A stretch of DNA of 63,913 nt, counting the filler, from Candidatus Fermentibacterota bacterium (GTDB lineage Bacteria > JAFGKV01), in NCBI GenBank assembly GCA_016928395.1. It is 7 parts of 7 records of this genome, joined end to end, with 100 filler letters (N's around TTAATTAATTAA, not from the genome) between each part and the next. Parts side by side here need not be neighbours in the genome. Positions count along the whole stretch, not along the records: positions 36,538 to 47,173 come from JAFGKV010000170.1; positions 47,274 to 53,722 come from JAFGKV010000172.1; 5 more parts are not named here. One strand, 5' to 3'. Below, one piece after another: positions 39,946 through 49,750 of the stretch. Position numbers and translations under genes: made by a program. Numbering within the stretch: the first letter of the stretch is position 1; every line of letters starts with the position of its first letter. A model generated the notes under the pieces. It saw only the letters and a program-made list of their open reading frames with translations, was not told the origin of the DNA and searched no databases.

Positions 39946-42900
39946 ATGACGGAGAGATCGTGGCCATTCGTAGTTGCCGTGGCGATGACCTGGTGTCATG
40001 GTACGGCAGCCGAACCTATGTGGGTAAGCCTTGGCGGCCCGCCGGGGAGCGGCCCCGGCGTGGTGGTTGTGTCGGAACGGGAGGATGAAACGGTACTCGA
40101 GATCAGCATCCCCGGCTTCTGGCTGGCAGATACGGTCATGAACGGGGCTGCCTACTCCTGGGTTGTGCTCCCGGGCGAGGCATGCATCGAGAAGTTCGAG
40201 TATCCGGCGCTGCCGAAGGTGAGCCGCAGCATCATCATCCCTGACATGGCACGGATGGCTCTGGAGGTGACGGAAGACGAGACGGAGGAGATGATCATTC
40301 CTCCTGTGCTGCCCTCGCGGGGCATCATCATGAGGTCAGAGGATCCGGACACGATCCCGTTTCGGTTCTCGAAGCTCTATGAAGAAGGGGGCGTGTTTCC
40401 TGCCATGGCTGCCGGACTGGGCACACCCTATGTGTTCCGTGACTTCAGAGGAATCGCCGTTCATGCGCATCCGTTCTCGCACGATCCCCGCACAGGCAGG
40501 CTCCTGATCCGCAAGAGGATGATCGTGCGCGCATACGAGGCGGGGATAGATACCGTGAACGTGAAGCTCTCCCCGCGATCAGGCCGCGCGGATCCAGGAA
40601 TGATCGCCGGCTACAGGGCGCACTTCGTCAACTACGCCGCAGGCGGAAGCCGGTACGATCTGTTGCCGGAGACGGGGGAGATGCTGGTGATCGCGGGAGA
40701 TGGGTTCAGCCAGGCTCCGGGGAGCCCGCTGCGACGGTTCGTTGACTGGAAGCAACGGAGGGGACACCGGGTGCACCTGTTCACCTCCTCGGAAGCTGGG
40801 GGCTCCTGGGAGCAGATCCAGGACTTCATCCGGGAGAAGTGGACAAGCGAGATCCCCGCCCTCTGTTTCGTCGTGCTGGTTGGCGATGGGGCGTGGGATC
40901 CGGCTCCGCCATACTGCGTTGCGGCTCCGTGGGACGACGTTGCGGAGCTGCCTCCAGTCAATCACCCGGCCGACAACCAGTACGCCTATCTCGATGGTAG
41001 CGACCACTACGCTGACCTGCTGCTCTCGCGGTTTCCCGCAGGCAGCGAGTCGGAACTCGACAGGCAGGTCTCGGGCCTGATCCAGTATGAACGTAACCCC
41101 CCCTTCGAGCCCGGCCCTTTGCCGTGGCTCACGGGTATCACCGCCATTGCGAGCTGGGAGTGTGACGGGCCGCCGTTCAATCAGCCTGGTGGGCCTCACC
41201 ACTGCAACGGGGACCCTGACTGGGTCTGGGCGCAGCGGACCATGTCTGACTTCGAGAGCTACTACTTCTTGAACAACGGTGACTACTGGATTCCCGATCC
41301 GTACTACTATCGAGACACTGACCCGACTTGCCCTGTCACCCCGGAGGGAGTCGCGACGCGGGTGAATGAGGGCCGCTCGTGGCTCACCGTGATCGGGCAC
41401 GGCACCCCCAACGGATGGCTCTTCCACAATGCGCTGCCGGGTGCGCCTCCGACCTATGCGGTGTTCGGCACCAATCACATTGGTCTCCTACAGAACTACG
41501 GGAGACTCCCGTTCGTATTCTCCGTCGCGTGTCAAGTGGCAAACTGGATCCAGGCTCAGCCCAGCTTCGCGAAAGCGTGGATGTGCGCGGGCTCGCCAGC
41601 GAATCCGGCCGGCGCAGTGGGGTTCTTGGGAGCGACAACAGACATCTCCTGGACTCCTCCGCTGTTCGCTCTTGTGGAGGCGGTGAAGGTAATGCTCGGG
41701 CAATCGCCCAACTCGCCTCCGGCTGGGACAATCGGAGCGGCCTACTTCGCGGGCCTTGCCCACATGCTCGACCAGTTCACGTGGCTGGAAACCTACTCGG
41801 AGCCACGGCATCGGATCCGCTACCTTCATACCCCGCAGTGCTGGGCCATCCACGGCGACTGCTCGATGCAGGTGCGCACCCTGCCGCCGGCGCCGATCGC
41901 GGTGACGCATCCGACGCACATAGGTCACTATGGTCTTGCGAGCATTGCGGTGCCGTTCGAAATAGGCGGGATAGGGGCGGACGACCACGTGAGTGTGACG
42001 CTGGTGCTCGAGCACGGGGGCGAGGAGGATCTGGTCGCCCGCACGCTGCAAACCGGGCCGGGTTCTGGGAATCTGTTGATCTCTCCTGCCCCGCAGGAGG
42101 ACGGGACGCTGTGGCTCACGGCCTCTGGCCTGAACAAGATCCCCTATGAGGGTGCCATCGTCTACTGCACGGACTACCGGGGAGTGCAGCAGGGTATCCA
42201 GAGAGCGCGCGGCAGCTTCCGGGTGAACGGGGACATCGCGGTGGAGCCCGATCATGAGCTGACGCTCACGGGCTCTCCCGGGTGCACGTGGTTCTATGTG
42301 GACAACTCGGGGGCCTTTGGCCATACGAACTACGGGACCGAACCTAGCCTGTGCGAGTTCGTGGTTCCTTTGGCGGCGAGGCTGATCCTCGGCGATGTAT
42401 GGATAGGATGCAACCCTGGGATATCGGGGCATTGGGGAGGGATCGTGGCCACGGATGCGGGCGCGGAGATTGAGCTCTCCGCCTGCACCGTAGCGGGGGC
42501 CAGAGAGGCGGTGCGGTTTTCCAATTCAGGGATGCTCTCCCTCTCCGGCTGCACCATCGCCGGCTGTGCGAACGCGGGTGTCCAGTGGTCGGGAGGGACG
42601 GCCCAGGCTACCGTTGCCGGTTCGAGTTTCCAGGGGTGCGAGTGGGGCATCCAGATCAACGGCTGCTCCGGCGGCAGCGACATCCAGGTGTCCGGGTGCA
42701 CCTTCAGCGACTACTGGCGAGGTGTCGAGATGGCCAGCGTGGGCACGCTGGATGTCAAGGATTGGTGCACCTTCACCAGCAGTCGCCCCGGAGTAGACAT
42801 CGGCGTGGCGTTTTCCGGGGGATGTTCCGGGAGCGTGATAGGGTGCACGTTCGGTTGGCTCGACGCGCCAGGGGGCGACCAGCTCTACCACGGCGTAGAC

Positions 42901-43632
42901 TGCCGGTCAGGGAACAGCCTGGTCACGGTCTCGAACAACTGCTTCAATGGCCCTGGCGGATTCAACTGCATGATTGCGCTGGACAATAGCGGCATTTTCG
43001 CCCTCGGGCAGCCGGTCAATTGTCCCCGGATCCGCAGCAATTCGATTCAGAATCAGTGGTATGGTGGGAGCGTGAAAGCAGGGAGCCTGGCCGATCTCGG
43101 GCATGACGTGTGGGGTGAGTACGGCCGCAATGAGTTCTCCGAGAACTGCTGCCATCTCCAGTACGAGGGGAAGGCGACCACTCCGCCCGGGGGGACGCTG
43201 TACGCTGAACGCAATTGCTGGGACTGGAGCGCGAATCCGTCAGGACTGTGTGGAAGCTGGAGCTGGGCCATTGATGCTTCGCCTGGAGACTGCAGCCAGG
43301 GTGACGGCGCGCCTGCGCTCGTGCCGGAGGTCTACGCCGTGAGGGTGGTCGGCCCGAATCCATTCAGCGATGTCGCTGAGCTCGAGCTCGCTCTTCCCGA
43401 GGACCAGTCGGCGGGTCTCGTGGCAATCGAAATCGTTGATCTGGCGGGGAGGGCTCTGCGGAAGCTCGTAGTGCAAAACCCGAGAGCAGGCAGCCATCGT
43501 CTTCAGTGGGACGGTCGTGACGGAAACGGCGCCCTTGCACCGAGTGGAACATACGTCGCACGAACGCGGATTGGCCCACACATGCTGTCAGACACGGTCG
43601 TGTTCCTGCGAACCCCGGGGGTGTACAGATGA
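39946..43632 (+). CDS. C25 (gingipain-like) cysteine peptidase with propeptide, beta-helix region and FlgD-Ig tail
   Basis: FVDWKQRRG, VLVGD, ADNQY, GHG (catalytic His), SVAC (catalytic Cys) and HGD; PNPF..WDGRD..SGTY. Confidence 0.9.
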   Translation: MTERSWPFVVAVAMTWCHGTAAEPMWVSLGGPPGSGPGVVVVSEREDETVLEISIPGFWLADTVMNGAAYSWVVLPGEACIEKFEYPALPKVSRSIIIPDMARMALEVTEDETEEMIIPPVLPSRGIIMRSEDPDTIPFRFSKLYEEGGVFPAMAAGLGTPYVFRDFRGIAVHAHPFSHDPRTGRLLIRKRMIVRAYEAGIDTVNVKLSPRSGRADPGMIAGYRAHFVNYAAGGSRYDLLPETGEMLVIAGDGFSQAPGSPLRRFVDWKQRRGHRVHLFTSSEAGGSWEQIQDFIREKWTSEIPALCFVVLVGDGAWDPAPPYCVAAPWDDVAELPPVNHPADNQYAYLDGSDHYADLLLSRFPAGSESELDRQVSGLIQYERNPPFEPGPLPWLTGITAIASWECDGPPFNQPGGPHHCNGDPDWVWAQRTMSDFESYYFLNNGDYWIPDPYYYRDTDPTCPVTPEGVATRVNEGRSWLTVIGHGTPNGWLFHNALPGAPPTYAVFGTNHIGLLQNYGRLPFVFSVACQVANWIQAQPSFAKAWMCAGSPANPAGAVGFLGATTDISWTPPLFALVEAVKVMLGQSPNSPPAGTIGAAYFAGLAHMLDQFTWLETYSEPRHRIRYLHTPQCWAIHGDCSMQVRTLPPAPIAVTHPTHIGHYGLASIAVPFEIGGIGADDHVSVTLVLEHGGEEDLVARTLQTGPGSGNLLISPAPQEDGTLWLTASGLNKIPYEGAIVYCTDYRGVQQGIQRARGSFRVNGDIAVEPDHELTLTGSPGCTWFYVDNSGAFGHTNYGTEPSLCEFVVPLAARLILGDVWIGCNPGISGHWGGIVATDAGAEIELSACTVAGAREAVRFSNSGMLSLSGCTIAGCANAGVQWSGGTAQATVAGSSFQGCEWGIQINGCSGGSDIQVSGCTFSDYWRGVEMASVGTLDVKDWCTFTSSRPGVDIGVAFSGGCSGSVIGCTFGWLDAPGGDQLYHGVDCRSGNSLVTVSNNCFNGPGGFNCMIALDNSGIFALGQPVNCPRIRSNSIQNQWYGGSVKAGSLADLGHDVWGEYGRNEFSENCCHLQYEGKATTPPGGTLYAERNCWDWSANPSGLCGSWSWAIDASPGDCSQGDGAPALVPEVYAVRVVGPNPFSDVAELELALPEDQSAGLVAIEIVDLAGRALRKLVVQNPRAGSHRLQWDGRDGNGALAPSGTYVARTRIGPHMLSDTVVFLRTPGVYR

Positions 43633-43700
43633 GCCGGCCCACTCACCTTGAGACGCCTGTCACGCCGAGAAGGTTGGGGCACATTCGAAAGGGGCTCACC

Positions 43701-44330
43701 ATGAAGACGAGCACGGGACTCGCGCTGGTCATTGCGGCTCTTGCCGCGCATGTCGGGAGTGGCGCCGCTGATATGGCCACCATGTTTCCGACGGAGTCGG
43801 TGATTATCTCAGGTCTTACAGATGACGGACAGATGGATGCCCGGCTCCTTTTCCGCTTCGATTGGACTCAGGTTCCGGTTGGCGTCGCGATCACGCAGGC
43901 CTACCTCTATCTGGATGGGATTACGTACGTTCCTGAGGAGGGATCGGTGTGCGCGTATGTGGCGCCCGTGATGGCTCAATGGAATGCGGATGCGACATGG
44001 GATGGTCCGCAGCCAGGCAGTGAATGGACGTCTCCGGGAGGGGATTGCTCATATCCACTCGGAGACTACGACTGCTTGACGCCGGAGATTGATCGGGCTC
44101 TCCGGTTGAACATGACGAACGTCGTCATGGCCCAGCTTGCAGGTGCGGAGAAACAGAACGGATTCATCTTGTTCTTGATCGAGCCCGATGTCACCGCGCA
44201 GGACGCAGACGTGTCCACTGAGGTCATGCGCCAGGTGAAACCGCGCTTGGAGCTTCAGTATCACGATCAGTCACCCTCCGACGGGGTAGGAAGGCCGGCG
44301 GAGAGCGAGACGCAGCGAGAGATGAGATAG
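43701..44330 (+). CDS. Secreted DNRLRE-like domain protein
   Basis: RLLFRFD...P....I..AYLYL, W...ATW...WTSPGGD, NGFIL and PRLEL motifs. Confidence 0.7.
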   Translation: MKTSTGLALVIAALAAHVGSGAADMATMFPTESVIISGLTDDGQMDARLLFRFDWTQVPVGVAITQAYLYLDGITYVPEEGSVCAYVAPVMAQWNADATWDGPQPGSEWTSPGGDCSYPLGDYDCLTPEIDRALRLNMTNVVMAQLAGAEKQNGFILFLIEPDVTAQDADVSTEVMRQVKPRLELQYHDQSPSDGVGRPAESETQREMR

Positions 44331-44453
44331 GCGCAGGAGCGGATTGCAGGAGCAGCCCCGGCTGCCCAATCGGGGCAGGCGCTCAAGCTCTGGCCTCCGG
44401 GAGTGACGGGTATGGTGCCCCGCGCGCGGCGCGTGGCGTAGGTGGAGGTCTGG

Positions 44454-46655
44454 ATGCGTTGCCTTATGAGCGTGGCGAGTCTTCTTGTCGTCTGGTCGAC
44501 TGCTGGACACGCACGGGCCGAGAGTGACTGGATGATCCAGTATGTTGACTCACCCCGCTGGTTCGCCGATTTGACCTCGCGCAGCCTGGCAGTTGCGTCG
44601 GACGGGTGTGCGCGGATCGCGTATGGGGGTGATCATCTGTACTATGCGTGGGAAGACGAGGAGGGCTGGCACTACGAGACCGCGGATCCTTCGCCGGCAG
44701 TGGGACGGTACGCGGCGGTGGCGCTGGATGGAGAGGACAGGCCGCACATCGCGTACCATGACGAGCTTCGTGGGGCGCTGAAGCATGCGTGGTACGACGG
44801 GGTTTGGCATGTCGAGACCGTGGACGATGAGGGAAGAGCGGGGTGGTGGTGCTGCATCGCGTTGGACGGTGCGGGCTCGCCTCATATCAGCTATCAGGCG
44901 GACTACACGCTGCGGTATGCCAGGCTGGAGGGGTCGGGCTGGGTGATCGAGACGGTGGCGGATTCGGGATCGGTGGGATCGTACACGGGGATTGCGGTGG
45001 ACGCGTCGGGATATCCTCACATCAGCCACTACGGGAACGGCAGTCTGCACTACGTATGGCGAGACGGATCGGGATGGCATGCGGAGGTGGTGGAGAGCGG
45101 GGGGTGGGTAGGGTTGTACACGTCGCTGGCCTTGGACTCCTCGGGCCGGCCGCACATCAGCTACGGAGGAGGGGAGAGCTGGGATCTGAAGTATGCGTGG
45201 CGAGGGAGCGACGGGTGGCACATCGAGGTGGTGGACGAGGAGGGAGGACGGGGTTGCTCGCTGGTGGTGGACGGGGAAGACAATCCTCGGGTCGGCTACG
45301 TCTGGGGGAACCGTGCACGCTACGCGTGGAAGAGCGCAGGCGGGTGGGTTTCTGAGATCGTGAATTGGATGAGCCCGGATTGGATGACGGCCTCGTTGGC
45401 CCTCGGCGCGGGAGAGCGGCCGCATCTCATCTACAGCCATCGTCTCTACAGCAGCGGTACGTACTTCAGCTCCATAGAGCGGGCGCGGTTGGGGTCAAGC
45501 GGCTGGGAGATAGACGCCGTGGACGTGCGGAGGAGGGTAGGGGTTTCCGCTGCCATTGCGCTCGATGACGGGGGAAGCCCGCGAATTGCCTATGGTTCCA
45601 GCGACTCGCTACGCTACGCGCGGTATGAGGAAGAAGGCTGGCACACCTGCAGCGTAGCCTACGGGTCCTCGGCGTACGGCGATGTGAGACTCAAGATCTC
45701 CTTGGCTCTGGATGAGGCGGGCTTGCCTCATATCACCCACTGGGGAGATGACCGGCTACGGTACGTGTGGAAGAATGCCGCGGGCTGGCAGGAGGAGGCC
45801 GTGGGAGACCCCGGCCGGGGATGGTACACATCGTTGAAGTTGGATGGGCAGGGTGAGCCGTGTGTGAGCTTCTACGACTACTCGAAACAGGATCTGCAGT
45901 ATGCCAGGCGGGAGGGAGGAACCTGGATCATCCAGACGGTGGACAGCCTGGGGTATGTGGGCGGGTACACGTCGCTGGAGCTGGATGAGGGAGAGCGGCC
46001 TCATATCGCGTACTACGACTACACGAACGAGCGCTTGAAGTATGCGTGGGGCAGCGGAGGGGAGTGGCGGATCGAGGTGGTGGACGATGAGGGAGACGTG
46101 GGGAGCCACTGCGCGCTGGCGTTGAACGGCAGGGGCGAGGCGTGCATCAGCTACTATGACCGGGCGCGGGGTGATCTGAAGTATGCGTGGCGCAGCGGTG
46201 GGGGGTGGCGCGTGGCGCGGGTGGACACGCTGGGAGATGTGGGGATGCACAGTTCGGTGGCGGTGGATGGGGACTGCGGCGTGCACATCGCGTATCACGA
46301 TGCCTCGTGTCTGGATCTGAAGTATGCGTATCTGGAGGGAGGGGTCGGGGTGGAGGAAGGTGTGCAGTCGGTGGAGGTGCTCCGCATCGACCTTGTGGGA
46401 CGGATGCCGGCGGTGGGGGAGGCGCGGATGGTGGTGAGGGCGCCCCGGGAGGACGCGGTGACGGTGGCGGCGTACGATCTCGTGGGGAGACGGGTGCGCG
46501 GTGTGGCGGAGGGTCGTGTGGGTGGGTCGGGCCTGCATCCCCTGAAGTGGGATTGCCGAGACGATGGCGGCGCTCGCGTTGCCGGCGGCGTCTACGTGTG
46601 CACGGCACGGGCGGGGAGCGCCTCCTCGTCGGTGCGCCTTGTCGTGATGCGTTAG
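44454..46655 (+). CDS. Secreted repeat (beta-propeller) protein with FlgD-Ig tail
   Basis: About 12 repeats of VG.YTSLALD..G.PHISY....LKYA....GW..E.VD. Confidence 0.88.
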   Translation: MRCLMSVASLLVVWSTAGHARAESDWMIQYVDSPRWFADLTSRSLAVASDGCARIAYGGDHLYYAWEDEEGWHYETADPSPAVGRYAAVALDGEDRPHIAYHDELRGALKHAWYDGVWHVETVDDEGRAGWWCCIALDGAGSPHISYQADYTLRYARLEGSGWVIETVADSGSVGSYTGIAVDASGYPHISHYGNGSLHYVWRDGSGWHAEVVESGGWVGLYTSLALDSSGRPHISYGGGESWDLKYAWRGSDGWHIEVVDEEGGRGCSLVVDGEDNPRVGYVWGNRARYAWKSAGGWVSEIVNWMSPDWMTASLALGAGERPHLIYSHRLYSSGTYFSSIERARLGSSGWEIDAVDVRRRVGVSAAIALDDGGSPRIAYGSSDSLRYARYEEEGWHTCSVAYGSSAYGDVRLKISLALDEAGLPHITHWGDDRLRYVWKNAAGWQEEAVGDPGRGWYTSLKLDGQGEPCVSFYDYSKQDLQYARREGGTWIIQTVDSLGYVGGYTSLELDEGERPHIAYYDYTNERLKYAWGSGGEWRIEVVDDEGDVGSHCALALNGRGEACISYYDRARGDLKYAWRSGGGWRVARVDTLGDVGMHSSVAVDGDCGVHIAYHDASCLDLKYAYLEGGVGVEEGVQSVEVLRIDLVGRMPAVGEARMVVRAPREDAVTVAAYDLVGRRVRGVAEGRVGGSGLHPLKWDCRDDGGARVAGGVYVCTARAGSASSSVRLVVMR

Positions 46656-46678
46656 CCCGAGGCGAGTAAAAAGTTCCC

Positions 46679-46832
46679 GGCGGTCGCCCCTACGGGGATG
46701 GGTTGACATCGGTTTCCGTGGGGGGAGGGACCTGTGCCCTCCCGTTGTTCGGGCGACCAGGGGCGGTCGCCCCTACGGGGATGGGTTGACATCGGTTTCC
46801 GTAGGGGAGGGACTTGTGCCCTCCCGTCGTTC
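46679..46832. repeat. Duplicated ~70-80 nt GTAG-REP doublet
   Basis: GGCGGTCGCCCCTACGGGGATGGGTTGACATCGGTTTCCGT.GGGGAGGGAC.TGTGCCCTCCCG occurs twice. Confidence 0.8.
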
Positions 46833-47000
46833 CATGAGCACGCGGCATTCCCGCCCGCGACCTGCGATGATGAACCGTGGGGATATCTGGGATGCTACGA
46901 TATCCCAGCGCTGGAATATTCCACCAGTAGAAAATACGGATGGATGGAATGATGGATGGCTTCGCGATTCTCGAAGTGAAGAGACGCGGGGCAGTATCCG

Positions 47001-47161
47001 GAATCCAGTATCCAGAATCCAGGAGTCAGAATCCAGTAGATAGTCGGGCTCAGGGTGCAAACCGTCACCCATCTCCTCACTCCTCACTCCTCACTCCTAT
47101 CTCCTCACTCCTATCTCCTCACTCGACAGAGCCCTTTGAGCCTTTGTGGTGAAATGCCTTC
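47001..47161 (+). repeat. Composite element, copy B
   Basis: Direct repeat of 36538-36679, differing mainly in the number of TCCTCAC/TCCTATC heptamers. Confidence 0.9.
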
Positions 47162-47273
47162 CTCTGTGCCCTANNNNNNNNNNNNNNNNNNNNNNNNNNN
47201 NNNNNNNNNNNNNNNNNTTAATTAATTAANNNNNNNNNNNNNNNNNNNNNNNNNNNNNNNNNNNNNNNNNNNN

Positions 47274-47640
47274 AACCCTGAACCCTGGCAACTGCTCGCG
47301 AAGCGCCTTGCCCTGCGGGGCTGTCGAGTGAGGAGTGAGGAGTGAGGAGGGGGAAGCAAGTCGGCGGTCAGCAGTAGGCAGTCGGCAGTCCGGAAATCCC
47401 CCTCGATCCCCCTTTTCGAAAAGGGGGAGGTCTCGGAAAGGCCTGCTAGGCGTGCAGTAGGCAATAAGCAGTCGGGGCCATGAACTGAGAACGGAAGACT
47501 GATGACTGAGAACTGCGAGCGAAGCGAAGCCCAAGAGGCAAAGAAGTAAAGAGGTGAAGAAGTGAGGAAGTGAAGAAGAGAGCGAGTCGACAGTCCGGAC
47601 TGAACCCCGAACCCTGAACCCTGGGGCCTGCGAGCGGAGC
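47274..47640. repeat. Mosaic of heptamer/octamer modules (AACCCTG, GAGGAGT, GCAGTCG, GAAGAGGT) and a CCCCTTT/AAAGGGG hairpin
   Basis: Same modules as the 49150-49667 array, in a different order. Confidence 0.8.
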
Positions 47641-48311
47641 TGCCCGGGGGCAGGCCTTGACTTGTGACAAACCCGTGGGGAAGCGCCCGCTGGTGCAGAG
47701 TCGGCTAGGGGTCACCCAATGAAGGCGGGCGATTCAGTCGGCAGTCAGCAGTGCGCAGTGGGCGAAAGCCGGTGACGCGACGAGAGTCAGTGCGAGCAGA
47801 GCATTGTTCTGGCAGGCGTCGTTCCCTCGTCTTCAATCGCACCCGTTACATGGCGCAGATGAGGTGGCGATGAGCTTCTGCTGATCCGCGCCGGTCACCC
47901 ATCGGGCTCACGTATCCTGCACCCCTGTCAACGCCGTTTCGAAATGGCTCTTCTTCGGCCAATCTGAACGGGGCCTCTTCTCCCCTGCCGAAGCCTTCGT
48001 TCTCCGCTCCTCGCTGGCGCATACGGGCGTCTTGGGGCAAGGCTCTAACCTTGCCCGCGGGCGGAGTCAGAGCTCCGCCCCTACATGGAGTGCGGCGGCA
48101 AGGTCCAGCATCTTGCGGCGGTGCATTCTGCACGCCGTGCCTTTCTCGCCACTTCGCCAGCCATGCAAGGTGACCGGCGATTTCGAGATGTTTCACGCCG
48201 GCGTCGACAATGGGGTATTCGTGGTCTGACCTCGGCTTGAAGCTCGTTTCGGCATACCACCTCGACCCGTCGTTCCTTCGGCCATTCGGTAGCCGGATGC
48301 TGACAACTGAG

Positions 48312-48353
48312 TTGACAGTGATCTGTTTGTCTGCTATGCTGACAGACAGATCA
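48312..48353 (+). promoter_or_regulatory. Sigma70 promoter with overlapping operator for the toxin-antitoxin pair
   Basis: TTGACA (48312) - 17 nt - TATGCT (48335); inverted repeat TGATCTGTTTGTC/GACAGACAGATCA flanks the -10 box. Confidence 0.75.
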
Positions 48354-48377
48354 TCAGGACAACTGAGAGGTGTGACT

Positions 48378-48632
48378 ATGGCGAGTATGACGCTCCAGAT
48401 GGCGCAGAGAGGGGTTATCACCGTCCCCAAGGAGCTACGGGAATCCTACGGGTTGAGGCCTGGAGACAGCTTCACCCTGATTGACTTGGGTGGCGTGTTC
48501 GTGCTCAGCAGACGACGGTCCGAGATCGATGTGATCGCGGACAAGGTAGCTGCGCAGTGGGCCGAGAACGGCGAATCGCTGCAGACAATGCTCACGGCAC
48601 TTCGCGATGAACGTACCCGGCGTGGGGACTGA
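48378..48632 (+). CDS. AbrB/MazE/SpoVT-family antitoxin
   Basis: RGVITVPKELRESYGLRPGD motif; overlaps the PIN gene. Confidence 0.88.
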   Translation: MASMTLQMAQRGVITVPKELRESYGLRPGDSFTLIDLGGVFVLSRRRSEIDVIADKVAAQWAENGESLQTMLTALRDERTRRGD

Positions 48633-49074
48633 ACTCAAGGTCTTGCTCGACACGAGTGCGCTCTTCGCGGCAGTATGGTCCGACACTGGGGGCGCGCGTC
48701 AGATTCTGAGGTTGGGCGAAGCGAGAGCAATCTCCCTGTGGGTCGGCCCCCGGGTTCTTGAGGAAGCGGAAGCAGTGCTGGACAGGAAGTCCCCCGGGAG
48801 CAAGCGTTACTTCGCGCTGCTACTCGACCGGTCCGAGGTGAGGCTAGGAGGGCAATCGGATGCTGCGTCCGTGGATCTCGCTCGCTCAGTGATCGGGTAT
48901 GTACCTGACGCGGCGGTGGTAGCCGAGGCACTCACACTGAAGGCGGACTACCTCGTGTCGTTCGATCGGGAACACCTCGTGGGGAATCCGCGCGCAGGGG
49001 AGTTGCCCTTTCCGATCGGCACTGCCGGAGACTTCCTGGCGTGGTACCGAGAAAGGCTTGCCAGCTCGGGATAG
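48622..49074 (+). CDS. PIN-domain toxin (VapC-like)
   Basis: VLLDTSALFAA, E, D..V.A.A and LVSFDREHL motifs. Confidence 0.88.
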   Translation: MGTELKVLLDTSALFAAVWSDTGGARQILRLGEARAISLWVGPRVLEEAEAVLDRKSPGSKRYFALLLDRSEVRLGGQSDAASVDLARSVIGYVPDAAVVAEALTLKADYLVSFDREHLVGNPRAGELPFPIGTAGDFLAWYRERLASSG

Positions 49075-49149
49075 GGCTATGTTCACCCCCTCGACTAGGC
49101 TCAGGGCCTGCGGCATGAAGAACATGAAGAAGCAAAGGTCTCACGCAGA

Positions 49150-49667
49150 GAGGTGAAGAGGTAAAGAAGTGAAGAGGTAACGAAGTGAGCGAAGCCGGCA
49201 GTCGGCGCTGAACCCCGAACCCTGAACCCTGTCGCCCGCGAGCGAAGCGATGCGGAGATAGGAGTGAGGAGTGAGGAGTGAGGAGTGAGGAGGGGGAAGC
49301 AAGTAGGCAGTCGGCGCTGAACCCCGAACCCTGAACCCTGGGGCCTGCGAGCGGAGCGATGCGGAGATAGGAGTGAGGAGTGAGGAGTGAGGAGTCAGCA
49401 GTCGGCAGTAGGCAGTAGCCAGTCCGGACTGAACCCCGAACCCTGAACCCTGGGGCCCGCGAGCGGAGCGATGCGGAGATAGGAGTGAGGAGTGAGGAGT
49501 GAGGAGGGGGAAGCAAGTAGGCAGTCGGCGCTGAACCCCGAACCCTGAACCCTGGGGCCCGCGAGCGGAGCGAAGCGGAGATAGGAGTGAGGAGTGAGGA
49601 GGGGGAAGCAAGTAGGCAGTCGGCGCTGAACCCCGAACCCTGAACCCTGGGGCCTGCGAGCGTAGCG
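49150..49667. repeat. Five-unit higher-order tandem repeat built from heptamers
   Basis: CTGAACCCCGAACCCTGAACCCTG starts at about 49208, 49317, 49429, 49531 and 49626; units differ mainly in GAGGAGT copy number. Confidence 0.92.
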
Positions 49668-49750
49668 GCTGACAGGATCCTCGGGGAACCCTACTTTTGC
49701 CCCGGTCAGATCCCATCGTGATTGCACCTCCAGCCAGAACCGAAGTCATC

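Noticed and set aside
49150-49667. Possible CRISPR array
   Set aside because: Intervening sequences are themselves repeats rather than unique spacers, periods of 95-112 nt are too long, and no cas genes are present.
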